From Escherichia phage vB_EcoM_WFbE185, in sequence record MK373778.1: DNA of 64,000 bases; one strand, 5' to 3'. Below the pieces are notes generated by a model, which worked only from the letters and a program-made list of their open reading frames with translations, was not told the origin of the DNA and did not search any database. This document shows positions 44,758 to 54,053 of the stretch, one piece after another; position 1 is the first letter of the stretch; each line of letters begins with the position of its first letter. Made by a program: the position numbers and the translations under genes.

Positions 44758-45027
44758 TTATTTCTGTGCAATTTTGATGTAAGTTTTCAAAATATTTTGC
44801 CAATTAGGCATACCTTCTTGGACATATGCCGGAGAACCATCTTTGTTTTTGAATGATGCAAGTTTATCAGTGGCCCAATAACCTTTAGCTCGAGCTTCAG
44901 AATCAACTTTCATCCATACTTTGTTGAAGGCATTACCATTAACTTTTGCACCATATTTTTCTACTAACTTAACTGCTTCAGCTTCCAGAACTTTTAAAGT
45001 ATCTCGTAAGAAACGTGCTTTAGTCAT
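44758..45027 (-). CDS. hypothetical early protein antisense to the late cluster, at the position of T4 segD
   Basis: ORF track 89 aa; own early promoter and GGAG SD; no endonuclease motifs recognised. Confidence 0.65.
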   Translation of the reverse strand: MTKARFLRDTLKVLEAEAVKLVEKYGAKVNGNAFNKVWMKVDSEARAKGYWATDKLASFKNKDGSPAYVQEGMPNWQNILKTYIKIAQK

Positions 45028-45057
45028 TTTGTTTACTCCTCTGTAGTTGATAAGTCT

Positions 45058-45087
45058 ATAGTATCACATATCAAATACGTTGTAAAC
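45058..45087 (-). promoter_or_regulatory. early promoter (-35 GTTTAC, -10 TACTAT) with conserved leader
   Basis: GTTTACaacgtatttgatatgtgaTACTATagacttatcaactacagagga. Confidence 0.55.
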
Positions 45088-45093
45088 AATCTT

Positions 45094-45101
45094 TATAAAT
45101 A
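45094..45101 (+). promoter_or_regulatory. late promoter TATAAATA for gene 24
   Basis: exact octamer 28 nt upstream of ATG. Confidence 0.65.
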
Positions 45102-45128
45102 ATCTATATCACATAAGGAAAAAATGCA

Positions 45129-46412
45129 ATGAGTAAAATCCAAAAATTATTGCGTGAATCTACAACGTCTACTAGCAACTCAATTGGTCGCCCAAATCTC
45201 GTTGCTTTGACTCGCGCTACGACTAAATTAATATATTCTGACATTGTAGCAACACAAAGAACTAATCAACCTGTTGCTGCTTTTTATGGTATCAAATATC
45301 TTAACCCAGATAACGAATTCACATTTAAAACCGGTGCTACTTATGCTGGCGAAGTTGGATATGTAGACCGAGAAAAAATTACCGAGCTCACAGAAGAATC
45401 AAAAGTCACACTAAATAAAGGCGATTTTTTCAAATATAATAATATCGTTTATAAAGTATTAGAAGATACACCGTTTGCAGATATTCAGGAAAGTGATCTA
45501 GAATTAGCTCTTCAGATTGCGGTCGTTCATTTAAAGGTACGGTTGTTTTCAGATGCAGCGGTAACAAGCAAATTTGAAAGCTCTGGTAGCGAAATTTCTG
45601 ATGCAAGATTCCAGATTAATAAATGGCAAACCGCTGTTAAATCTCGTAAACTTAAAACTGGCCTAACGGTTGAATTAGCGCAAGATTTGGAAGCGAATGG
45701 ATTTGATGCCCCTAACTTCTTAGAAGATTTACTTGCTACTGAAATGGCTGATGAAATTAATAAAGATATTCTTCAGTCTTTAATTACTGTATCGAAACGT
45801 TATAAAGTTACTGGAATTACTGACACCGGATTTATTGACTTGAGCTATGCGTCTGCTCCAGAAGCAGGTCGTTCATTATATCGAATGGTGTGTGAAATGG
45901 TATCACACATTCAAAAAGAGTCAACTTATACCGCAACGTTTTGCGTAGCTTCAGCTCGTGCAGCCGCTATTCTTGCTGCTTCAGGTTGGTTAAAACATAA
46001 GCCGGAAGATGATAAGTATCTTTCACAAAATGCTTATGGATTCTTGGCAAATGGATTACCTCTTTACTGCGATACTAACAGCCCGTTAGATTATGTTATT
46101 GTGGGTGTTGTAGAAAATATCGGCGAAAAAGAAATTGTAGGGTCCATCTTTTATGCTCCATACACTGAAGGAGTAGATTTAGATGACCCGGAACATGTTG
46201 GTGCATTTAAAGTTGTAGTTGATCCAGAAAGCTTGCAACCGTCTATCGGATTATTGGTTAGATATGCTTTATCAGCAAATCCTTACACAGTAGCAAAAGA
46301 CGAAAAAGAAGCGAGAATAATTGATGGTGGGGACATGGATAAAATGGCAGGACGTTCAGACTTGTCTGTTTTACTCGGTGTTAAATTGCCTAAAATTATT
46401 ATAGATGAATAA
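45129..46412 (+). CDS. 24: capsid vertex protein
   Basis: 427 aa, synteny. Confidence 0.95.
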   Translation: MSKIQKLLRESTTSTSNSIGRPNLVALTRATTKLIYSDIVATQRTNQPVAAFYGIKYLNPDNEFTFKTGATYAGEVGYVDREKITELTEESKVTLNKGDFFKYNNIVYKVLEDTPFADIQESDLELALQIAVVHLKVRLFSDAAVTSKFESSGSEISDARFQINKWQTAVKSRKLKTGLTVELAQDLEANGFDAPNFLEDLLATEMADEINKDILQSLITVSKRYKVTGITDTGFIDLSYASAPEAGRSLYRMVCEMVSHIQKESTYTATFCVASARAAAILAASGWLKHKPEDDKYLSQNAYGFLANGLPLYCDTNSPLDYVIVGVVENIGEKEIVGSIFYAPYTEGVDLDDPEHVGAFKVVVDPESLQPSIGLLVRYALSANPYTVAKDEKEARIIDGGDMDKMAGRSDLSVLLGVKLPKIIIDE

Positions 46413-46415
46413 ACG

Positions 46416-46441
46416 AAAAAGGGACCGTACGGTCCCTTTTT
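46416..46441. terminator. bidirectional terminator between gene 24 and rnlB
   Basis: aaaaagggaccgtacggtcccttttt. Confidence 0.75.
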
Positions 46442-46443
46442 CG

Positions 46444-47442
46444 TTATGATACTAATTCAATCCATGCAGGACGCAGAACATCTTGCACCATTCGGACTAA
46501 TTCTTTCTTAACAAGATTCGGATTATCGGATGATGTTAATACAATACCTTCACGAGAAGTTTCTTCCAGAATATCTTGAACAGTCAATCCCATCACTTTG
46601 CCAAAATCTTTTGGCGTTACAGTCCCAATCTTAGAAATCACATTATTAACACGGTTTAATGTAACATAACAAGCTAGGACATCAAGCAAGTTTTTGTCAA
46701 TTTCGGTTAATGGAACCTGAGTTTTAATAGGCTTATCAGACTTTTTCTTTTCACTGAATTTAGAGTTCTTGCACTTAATAGCTACACGAGTACCGTTTGG
46801 CAGCCATTTAGGGAAACAAGGCTTCAGAACATAACCTTCTGCTGTATTATCGCCAATAACATTAGCATCAAATACACAATTATTTGCTTCTACAAGGTCT
46901 TCTGACGCAGTAGCATTATAAGCGGCTAAGACGGAATCAAGGTCATTTGGAATCGCGATAAGAGCATCGAATGTTCCACGACCGAGCATTGGTGCCATTT
47001 TAAAACCGAATTCATTACAGAAATCTTGCATTTCGTAATCGGTCAAATACGTATTATCACCACTTTCTGTATTGATAAGGATATCGAACACATAAAAATC
47101 TTTTTCACCGTAGTCAACACCTTTCTGGATTCCACCACCAGCGAATTCACCAAAGACCTGATATGATACAGCTCGAGAACTACCCATTACTTCTTGAACG
47201 TTTTTAATAGCCTTATCATACTTCTTGAGTACAATTTCATAACCATAAAAATCTTCTGCTGGAAGAATAGGGCCTGTGCGCTTGGCGCATGTGACGTTGT
47301 CACGTTCAATTATTAACGAGAAGTTAGTCCCATGGATTTTCTCACGTGCTACCCAAACACCAGTAGTCAAACCATTAGTGTAGAGTTTTTCAATAAACTT
47401 AGAGTTGTAGTGGTTTTCAAGACTGCTGTATTTCTTAAACAT
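46444..47442 (-). CDS. rnlB: RNA ligase 2
   Basis: [21 protein letters not shown]...EKIHGTNFS near-identical to T4 Rnl2 with ligase motif KxHGxN. Confidence 0.95.
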   Translation of the reverse strand: MFKKYSSLENHYNSKFIEKLYTNGLTTGVWVAREKIHGTNFSLIIERDNVTCAKRTGPILPAEDFYGYEIVLKKYDKAIKNVQEVMGSSRAVSYQVFGEFAGGGIQKGVDYGEKDFYVFDILINTESGDNTYLTDYEMQDFCNEFGFKMAPMLGRGTFDALIAIPNDLDSVLAAYNATASEDLVEANNCVFDANVIGDNTAEGYVLKPCFPKWLPNGTRVAIKCKNSKFSEKKKSDKPIKTQVPLTEIDKNLLDVLACYVTLNRVNNVISKIGTVTPKDFGKVMGLTVQDILEETSREGIVLTSSDNPNLVKKELVRMVQDVLRPAWIELVS

Positions 47443-47561
47443 AAATCACCATTATAAATAATAATATCAAAATAATTAGCAGAGACTCTATCTCTGACCG
47501 GATGTTTAATTTGAATGGATAGAACCTAGATTCATTATACCATCAAAAATTGTAAAGCATA

Positions 47562-47813
47562 TTAGAACTTGATTTCTATCCAATGACCATCACGCTGGTC
47601 GTGATTAATTTTGTACTGAAAGCCGTTATCACGAAGCCATTGACCGACTTGTTCAGTTATAGTTAAATCATTCTTTGACGGATAGTATGTAAATTGTGTC
47701 TGGCCTTTGTCAGCGGCTTTCTCTGCCATCGCAGAGAAGTTAGTAATAAAATCACTCAACAAATTAGCTTTAGTGGCCAGAGCCCTTTCTCTTAATTCCT
47801 GTGCAAAACTCAT
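47562..47813 (-). CDS. hypothetical protein (position of T4 24.2)
   Basis: ORF track 83 aa. Confidence 0.65.
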   Translation of the reverse strand: MSFAQELRERALATKANLLSDFITNFSAMAEKAADKGQTQFTYYPSKNDLTITEQVGQWLRDNGFQYKINHDQRDGHWIEIKF

Positions 47814-48004
47814 TTCTTCACCTTTTTGTTAATCAAACGTTTACGGTATACAACTTTTTCTTTTGCTTTAAACTTTGACCGAGCTGTCTCGGCTTTAGTC
47901 CATAGTAATCCAACTTCTTTAGGTTGTAAACCGATTTTTTGAGCAATTTCTACGAATGAAAATCCCGCCTCATGTAATGTATAAACTTCAACTTCAGCTC
48001 TCAT
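47810..48004 (-). CDS. small helix-turn-helix protein (position of T4 24.3)
   Basis: LHEAGFSFVEIAQKIGLQPKEV resembles an HTH motif; ATG at 48004 (ORF track begins at TTG 48010). Confidence 0.6.
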   Translation of the reverse strand: MRAEVEVYTLHEAGFSFVEIAQKIGLQPKEVGLLWTKAETARSKFKAKEKVVYRKRLINKKVKK

Positions 48005-48072
48005 AATCAATCCCGTATTATTTGGTTTGTGCCATTATATACATCAATCTCAAGTTGTGTTTTGTATGCTTT

Positions 48073-48099
48073 AAAAACGAAGAAAGGGGCCGAAGCCCC
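48073..48099 (-). terminator. intrinsic terminator after hoc
   Basis: ggggccgaagcccc then T-rich tract on minus strand. Confidence 0.65.
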
Positions 48100-48105
48100 T
48101 TACGA

Positions 48106-49524
48106 TTATGGATATGTATAGATGATACCAGTTTCCAAAGCAGTTTTATGGATGACGTATCCATTACGTGATTCTTGAACATCAACTTCTGGATAGTCTT
48201 TCATCATCTTCTGAAGAGTGTAACGATGCAGGTAGTATTTACTATCTGCATCTTCAGTTTTCCAATCTTTACCTTCTTCAGTCATTTTTTGTATTTCATC
48301 CATAACCCACCAACCGCACCAGATGTAAGCTGAAGTACGATGTGGAAGAGGATGAACATAAGGTAATTCACCTTCTGGTTCTGGAGCAACTTTATCGGTT
48401 ACCTGAACTTGTCCTTCTGCTGTAATAGTTTTGCTATCATAATCAGTAGCAGTAACGACGGCAGTCACTTCAATAGTTTGACTTCCAATAGATGAGGTAT
48501 CAACGGTATATACATTAGTTGACCCTTCTACAGGAGAAGAATCTTTCTTCCATGAATAAGCAATTTGTGCTTCTTCTGGTGCACCAGTAACATTAGCTGT
48601 AAATGTAGCCGAAGCATCTTGTTGAACATTAATAGAAGGAGGAGTCAATGTAACCTGTGGATTCATTGTCTTCTTATTAACCGTTAATGATACTTCATTC
48701 GAAGTAACTTCCTTTGCATCATAATCTGTCGCAGTTACTTGGGCTACACATTTAATTCTTTTTACTCCACTTGTAGTTGGAGTATAGCTAAATGTAGAGT
48801 TAGTTTCTCCACCAATCTGTGAATCATCTACATACCACTGATACGTAGCAGACGCTCCAACCGGTTGAGAAGCTAAGGCGGCAGTAAATTGAACTGGGGT
48901 TCCAATTACTCCGGCTGAAGGACTATTGGGAGTTACTGCCAACGTAGTTGTCTGCGTCTTTTTATTAACAGTCAGTGACACTTCATTAGAAGTAACGCTT
49001 AGTGCGTCATAATCTGTTGCGGTTACTTGAGCCACACACTTAATTCTTTTTACCCCGCTTTCGGCAGGAGTGTAATTGAATGTAGCGTTAGTTGCTTCGC
49101 CAACAGGAGAATCATCTACATACCATTGATAAGTAGCGTTTGCGCCTGATGGCTGCGAAGCTAAAGCGGCAGTAAATTCAATAGCTGTTCCGATTACTCC
49201 AGCGTCAGGGCTATTAGGAGTTACAGCTAAGGTAGTCGTTTGTGTCTTATTTTGAACTGTGATAGTTGTAGAAGCTTCTGCTGTTTCAGCTTCAGCTTCT
49301 GGAACTGTATTTGTTGCAACTACTTTAATAGACTTTTGACCTGCAGGTCCTTTTAACACATAATCAAAAGTTGCTTCAGCTCCATCTTGCGAAACATCAT
49401 CTACAGTCCAAGCATATGTAATAGTTCCACCTCCAGTTTCACCACTGGGAGTAGCAGTAAACTGCTGAGTCTGATCTATAACTCCAGTAGGTGTTTTAGG
49501 AGTTATATCAACTGTAAAAGCCAT
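48106..49524 (-). CDS. hoc: Hoc outer capsid decoration protein, four Ig-like domains
   Basis: 472 aa; Ig-like repeats plus C-terminal capsid-binding region; synteny hoc-inh. Confidence 0.9.
   Translation of the reverse strand: MAFTVDITPKTPTGVIDQTQQFTATPSGETGGGTITYAWTVDDVSQDGAEATFDYVLKGPAGQKSIKVVATNTVPEAEAETAEASTTITVQNKTQTTTLAVTPNSPDAGVIGTAIEFTAALASQPSGANATYQWYVDDSPVGEATNATFNYTPAESGVKRIKCVAQVTATDYDALSVTSNEVSLTVNKKTQTTTLAVTPNSPSAGVIGTPVQFTAALASQPVGASATYQWYVDDSQIGGETNSTFSYTPTTSGVKRIKCVAQVTATDYDAKEVTSNEVSLTVNKKTMNPQVTLTPPSINVQQDASATFTANVTGAPEEAQIAYSWKKDSSPVEGSTNVYTVDTSSIGSQTIEVTAVVTATDYDSKTITAEGQVQVTDKVAPEPEGELPYVHPLPHRTSAYIWCGWWVMDEIQKMTEEGKDWKTEDADSKYYLHRYTLQKMMKDYPEVDVQESRNGYVIHKTALETGIIYTYP
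48670..49245 (-). repeat. tandem in-frame duplication (2 x 288 bp) inside hoc
   Basis: two consecutive 96-aa units about 85 percent identical. Confidence 0.85.
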
Positions 49525-49533
49525 AAGTTATCC

Positions 49534-50202
49534 TTATTTTAATGTTACGAAAGAAGAATTACGAGTTTCACGAATTAGAACTGATCCATCGCGATTAATA
49601 TAATAAATTAAGCTAAATAATGTTTGGTGAGCAGAAGCGTGCACAAAACTGGTTGGGCGAGATTTCCAATCTGGGGTTTCGTCTATCCATTGATAAATCC
49701 ACCAAGGAACAGTAACATATCCTGGGCCTTTGCCTAATTTAATGAGTGTAGGACTAAAATTTTCAGGCAGAACAAATTTTACTTCTTTATTTACCTCTGG
49801 CTCAGGCTCTTTTTCAGATTCAACAACCTGAGTAATTGCTTCTTCGAATTTATCATGGTCGAATTCTTTTTCTTGTTCGACAACTTCTAATACTTCAACT
49901 TGTTCTGTTGGAGAATCAAACAACAGAATAGCTTCTTCTTTAACTTCTTCGTTGGTGAAATTAACACCGTCCACATCATCTGCGGCAGTAATTAAATCGG
50001 TGATAGATAATCCATCAGTTTCAGGTAATGGTTCATCAGCCAGTGCGTTAAGAGCTTCTTCGATATCAATAACAATATTATCGAATGATTTTGTTTTCTT
50101 AACACTAATGCCAAATTGTTCCGCATATTCAAACAGTTTAGCTTTGGCTTCCTTTTTATCAGAAAGAGCACGTAACTCTTCAATATAGTCTTTATCGATC
50201 AT
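49534..50202 (-). CDS. inh: inhibitor of prohead protease
   Basis: 222 aa, synteny. Confidence 0.8.
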   Translation of the reverse strand: MIDKDYIEELRALSDKKEAKAKLFEYAEQFGISVKKTKSFDNIVIDIEEALNALADEPLPETDGLSITDLITAADDVDGVNFTNEEVKEEAILLFDSPTEQVEVLEVVEQEKEFDHDKFEEAITQVVESEKEPEPEVNKEVKFVLPENFSPTLIKLGKGPGYVTVPWWIYQWIDETPDWKSRPTSFVHASAHQTLFSLIYYINRDGSVLIRETRNSSFVTLK

Positions 50203-50215
50203 GATATTTCCTCAT

Positions 50216-50223
50216 TATAAATA
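50216..50223 (+). promoter_or_regulatory. late promoter TATAAATA for uvsW
   Basis: exact octamer 30 nt upstream of uvsW ATG. Confidence 0.65.
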
Positions 50224-50252
50224 TAACTATATTTATTACATGGTAATTTGAC

Positions 50253-51767
50253 ATGACTGACATTAAAGTACATTTTCATGATTTTAGTCACGTGCGCATT
50301 GAATGCGACGAAAGTACGTTTTACGAACTTCGTGACTTTTTTAGCTTTGAAGCTGACGGGTATAAATTTAACCCAAAATATCGCTATGGGCAATGGGATG
50401 GTAGAATTCGACTTTTAGATTACAATCGTTTGTTACCATATGGACTTGTAGGACAAATAAAAAAGTTCTGTAACAATATGAGTTATTCTGTATGGATTGA
50501 CCATAAAATCTTTGAGACCGAAGACCTTACCAGGGAAGATTTTGACGCATGGCTTTCTAAACAAGAAATTTATTCAGGCAACGCCAAAATCGAACCGCAT
50601 TGGTATCAAAAAGATGCAGTATATGAAGGACTAGTTAATCGTCGTCGAATTTTAAACCTTCCGACATCAGCAGGTAAATCACTAATCCAAGCACTTTTAG
50701 CTCGGTATTATCTAGAGAACTATGAAGGTAAAATTCTCATTATCGTCCCTACAACAGCATTGACAACCCAGATGGCTAATGATTTTGTTGATTATCGCTT
50801 GTTTAGTCATTCGATGATTAAGAAAATTGGCGGTGGCGCTGATAAAGCGGACAAATCTAAAAATGACGCTCCAATTATTGTTGGCACATGGCAAACTGTA
50901 GTTAAGCAGCCTAAAGAATGGTTCTCTCAGTTCGGTATGATGATGAATGATGAATGCCACTTAGCAACAGGCAAAAGTATTTCTTCAATCATCTCAGGAT
51001 TAAATAATTGCATGTTTAAATTCGGTTTATCTGGCTCATTAAGAGACGGAAAAGCCAATGTAATGCAGTACGTAGGTATGTTCGGTGAAATCTTCCGTCC
51101 TGTTAGCACGTCTAAATTAATGGAAGATGGACAGGTAACTGAGCTTAAGATTAATAGTATTTTCCTTCGTTATCCGGACGAATTCACCACCAAATTAAAA
51201 GGTAAAACATACCAAGAAGAAGTTAAAATTATTACCGGACTAAAACGTCGTACAAAGTGGATTGCTCAACTTTCAGTAAAATTGGCTAAGAAAGACGAGA
51301 ACGCCTTTGTAATGTTTAAACACGTTACACACGGTAAAGAAATATTTGAAGCTATTAAAGAGCTTGGATACGAAAAAGTTTATTACGTATCAGGTGAAGT
51401 TGATACTGAAACACGTAACGCGCTTAAAGTCATGGCAGAAAATGGTAAAGGCATTATTATTGTTGCATCATATGGAGTATTCTCTACTGGTATTTCAGTC
51501 AAGAATCTTCATCATGTTATTTTTGCCCATGGTGTTAAATCAAAAATTATCGTACTTCAAACCGTAGGTCGCGTGCTTCGTAAGCATGGTTCTAAAGCTG
51601 TTGCTACAGTTTGGGATCTCATCGACGATGCAGGTGTAAAACCTAAATCATTAAATACTAAAAAGAAGTATACTCATCTTAATTACTTGTTAAAACACGG
51701 TATTGATCGTATCCAACGTTACGCTGATGAGAAATTTAACTATGTAATGAAAACAATTAATTTATAA
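50253..51767 (+). CDS. uvsW: UvsW DNA/RNA helicase (SF2)
   Basis: 504 aa; Walker A PTSAGKS, DECH box; near-identical to T4 UvsW. Confidence 0.97.
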   Translation: MTDIKVHFHDFSHVRIECDESTFYELRDFFSFEADGYKFNPKYRYGQWDGRIRLLDYNRLLPYGLVGQIKKFCNNMSYSVWIDHKIFETEDLTREDFDAWLSKQEIYSGNAKIEPHWYQKDAVYEGLVNRRRILNLPTSAGKSLIQALLARYYLENYEGKILIIVPTTALTTQMANDFVDYRLFSHSMIKKIGGGADKADKSKNDAPIIVGTWQTVVKQPKEWFSQFGMMMNDECHLATGKSISSIISGLNNCMFKFGLSGSLRDGKANVMQYVGMFGEIFRPVSTSKLMEDGQVTELKINSIFLRYPDEFTTKLKGKTYQEEVKIITGLKRRTKWIAQLSVKLAKKDENAFVMFKHVTHGKEIFEAIKELGYEKVYYVSGEVDTETRNALKVMAENGKGIIIVASYGVFSTGISVKNLHHVIFAHGVKSKIIVLQTVGRVLRKHGSKAVATVWDLIDDAGVKPKSLNTKKKYTHLNYLLKHGIDRIQRYADEKFNYVMKTINL

Positions 51768-51792
51768 GGGCTTCGGCCCTTAGGAGATAAAA

Positions 51793-52026
51793 ATGGTACT
51801 TGAATTTAAACAATTTTTATACGAAGCATCTATTGACGAATTCATGGGTAAAATTGCTAGTTGTCATACCTTAGAAGGGCTTGAAGAATTGGAAGCTTAT
51901 TATAAGAAACGTATAAAAGAAACGGAATTAAAAGATACAGATGATATTTCTGTCAGGGATGCCTTAGCAGGTAAGCGTGCCGAACTTGAAGGCGACGATG
52001 ATGAGGATGTGGAAGAAGACTTCTAA
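51793..52026 (+). CDS. uvsW.1: UvsW.1 acidic C-terminal protein
   Basis: 77 aa, synteny. Confidence 0.85.
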   Translation: MVLEFKQFLYEASIDEFMGKIASCHTLEGLEELEAYYKKRIKETELKDTDDISVRDALAGKRAELEGDDDEDVEEDF

Positions 52027-52029
52027 TTA

Positions 52030-52062
52030 AAAAAAGGCCCGACCTTTTTGGAAGGGCCAAAA
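52030..52062 (-). terminator. terminator-like hairpin, mainly for minus strand
   Basis: ggccc...gggcc stem flanked by A-run on plus and T-run on minus. Confidence 0.45.
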
Positions 52063-52084
52063 ACCATAGGCAAAAAAGGTAACA

Positions 52085-52252
52085 CTATAGTAAAAGTTGG
52101 GTTTCATTCAATTGCTCTTCTGAACTTTCTGAAACCGGCAATTGTTGGACATAGTTATAACAAGGACCAGGGTGTGCTGGGCCTTTGTCTGTTTCAACAA
52201 CCAATGCAGAATCGATTGGAGTTTTACAGACAACACAAATCTTATCTGACAT
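52085..52252 (-). CDS. small Cys-containing protein (55 aa), position of T4 uvsY.-2; not in ORF track
   Basis: hand translation MSDKICVVCKTPIDSALVVETDKGPAHPGPCYNYVQQLPVSESSEEQLNETQLLL; CxxC...C pattern. Confidence 0.5.
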   Translation of the reverse strand: MSDKICVVCKTPIDSALVVETDKGPAHPGPCYNYVQQLPVSESSEEQLNETQLLL

Positions 52253-52284
52253 GATTGCCTCCTAAGTTGAAATTACATATCTAT

Positions 52285-52509
52285 TTATACAACTCTCATA
52301 TGCATATCAATGCCCATATCTTTAGAATAAAAATATTCATCAAGATATCCGGCAAACTTCCCTTTAATATAAAGGACGTCTTCGCCACAAGGATGGTCTG
52401 CCAGGATACGAATATCCTGACGACGTAGACGATACTTTTCCATTAAGAATTTAATTTCAGTTTCAAATTCTTCATCATTATTAAAGGCATCTTCAATTGA
52501 ATAACGCAT
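52285..52509 (-). CDS. hypothetical protein (position of T4 uvsY.-1)
   Basis: ORF track 74 aa; ATGA overlap with uvsY stop. Confidence 0.7.
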   Translation of the reverse strand: MRYSIEDAFNNDEEFETEIKFLMEKYRLRRQDIRILADHPCGEDVLYIKGKFAGYLDEYFYSKDMGIDMHMRVV

Positions 52510-52922
52510 TATTGCCCCGCTTCAAATTCTCGCATATCCTGGATATGTTTAAGTGCAAAACTACGAGATTTAACTGCGTCAAGTGCACCACTACAGAACT
52601 CAAGTAAAATTCCCCAGTATTGTAAAGTAGTCTCTATTTTAAGCACATCTTTATCTGCAGCCAGGACAGTTTTCATTTCAGATTTCTCGTATCGGTCCAT
52701 ACTGAATTCATCACCGTCACCTCGTCCTGAGTAGTAGTCTAATCTTGCTTTTAGAGCAGTTTTCTTCTGAGTCTCTATACGCAACATTTCTTTACGAATA
52801 AATGAGTGCTTACGTAGCCATTTGCTGTATAACTTAACATTATTCGCTGTCTCATATTGCAACTTTGTCGTATCAATAGCTAAGTCTGCGTCTAACTCTT
52901 CCTGTAAATCTTCCAGCTTCAT
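52509..52922 (-). CDS. uvsY: UvsY recombination mediator
   Basis: starts at MKLEDLQEEL; about 138 aa; near-identical to T4 UvsY. Confidence 0.95.
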   Translation of the reverse strand: MKLEDLQEELDADLAIDTTKLQYETANNVKLYSKWLRKHSFIRKEMLRIETQKKTALKARLDYYSGRGDGDEFSMDRYEKSEMKTVLAADKDVLKIETTLQYWGILLEFCSGALDAVKSRSFALKHIQDMREFEAGQ

Positions 52923-52977
52923 AATATTCTCTCTTTTAACTAATAATCTCCCGGCTGTATCGGAAGGACCTAAAACC

Positions 52978-53002
52978 ATTATACATAGGTTGTCTTGAAG
53001 CA
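52978..53002 (-). promoter_or_regulatory. middle (MotA-dependent) promoter for uvsY
   Basis: minus-strand aaTGCTTca, 12 nt, TATAAT. Confidence 0.6.
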
Positions 53003-53401
53003 TTACACTCTATTGCTTGATGCTAACTGAAGTTTGATTTGTTCGATATCATCAGGGTTATCTACGACCGAAAATCTAATCTCTACTATAACTGTATAGT
53101 CATCATATACTGGCGTTACACTTACAGAAAGTTTGTCGATGCGCGGCTCATAGTTACGGACGGCTGCCTGGATATTACGCTCAATCGTATCGGCTGTAAG
53201 TGGTGTCATGTTCTCGAAAAGTTCATCAACCAAATCGCATCCAAATTCAGGGTCGAAGGGGCGTGAGCCTTTTCTAGTTGTCACTATGCCAAGAAGACTA
53301 TTTTTAATAGAACGAAGTCCTACAGAACGAGCAACGTCCTTGTTCCAATCCATACGCATTTCTGGATCGATATCTGAATAAAGTTTATTGATATTAGACA
53401 T
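53003..53401 (-). CDS. 25: gp25 baseplate wedge protein
   Basis: 132 aa near-identical to T4 gp25. Confidence 0.97.
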   Translation of the reverse strand: MSNINKLYSDIDPEMRMDWNKDVARSVGLRSIKNSLLGIVTTRKGSRPFDPEFGCDLVDELFENMTPLTADTIERNIQAAVRNYEPRIDKLSVSVTPVYDDYTVIVEIRFSVVDNPDDIEQIKLQLASSNRV

Positions 53402-54027
53402 TATAGTAACTCAAAGAATTCTTTGAGGCCTCGTATTGTGTGAACGTGTGATGCCCCACATTTGGGACATTTAATAGGGGTTGCCAGATAAATTGATGGC
53501 GATACCAAAAGATTTTTAATATTGATCATGTCATCTTCTGTTATAAGGCCGTAAAGGTCGTTTATTTCTGCTTCAGTTAAATCTTCAACAGGGATGGACT
53601 CTCCATTGACAAAAACGGCCTCAATACATGAAGCAATCATTAATGCGATATTTTTATCGTCAAATAATTTAGGTTGACGGAACTTAATTTTAATACCACT
53701 GAACGAATACCAGGGATCGGCCTGTTCATCTAATTGAGTGTGCAATAAATTCATATAGACTTGAAATGAATGCCCACAGGAACAATTCCAGGTGTGTTCT
53801 TGATTCACTTCACCTAATGAATGTGCCCACAGATTTACCAACAATAACTCGGCTTCTTGTTTAGTCAAGTTTTTAGCATTAGAGCAATTAGTGATAATAT
53901 TGTTCACTGCGGATTCAATAGTATCGGTAGCCCGCGCACCTATGAGTCCTAAATATTCTTTTAAAGTAAAGGCTCTACAATTCACTTCTTTATCGCCTAA
54001 ACGTACGGTAAACGTATATTTGTACAT
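53401..54027 (-). CDS. 26: gp26 baseplate hub protein
   Basis: 208 aa, synteny. Confidence 0.9.
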   Translation of the reverse strand: MYKYTFTVRLGDKEVNCRAFTLKEYLGLIGARATDTIESAVNNIITNCSNAKNLTKQEAELLLVNLWAHSLGEVNQEHTWNCSCGHSFQVYMNLLHTQLDEQADPWYSFSGIKIKFRQPKLFDDKNIALMIASCIEAVFVNGESIPVEDLTEAEINDLYGLITEDDMINIKNLLVSPSIYLATPIKCPKCGASHVHTIRGLKEFFELL

Positions 54028-54045
54028 GTTAACTCCTTTATTGTG

Positions 54046-54053
54046 TATTTATA
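54046..54053 (-). promoter_or_regulatory. late promoter TATAAATA (minus) for genes 26-25
   Basis: TATTTATA on plus strand, overlapping the plus-strand octamer. Confidence 0.6.

Noticed and set aside
44301-44771. Minus-strand ORF of 156 aa antisense to gene 23
   Set aside because: Antisense to the major capsid gene and reads through its terminator; typical spurious frame.
47448-47460. TATAAATA on the plus strand just after the rnlB start
   Set aside because: No plus-strand gene downstream for about 2.8 kb; likely chance occurrence in AT-rich DNA.
52048-52254. Plus-strand ORF of 68 aa
   Set aside because: No SD; the opposite strand holds a better-supported small ORF ending at a terminator.
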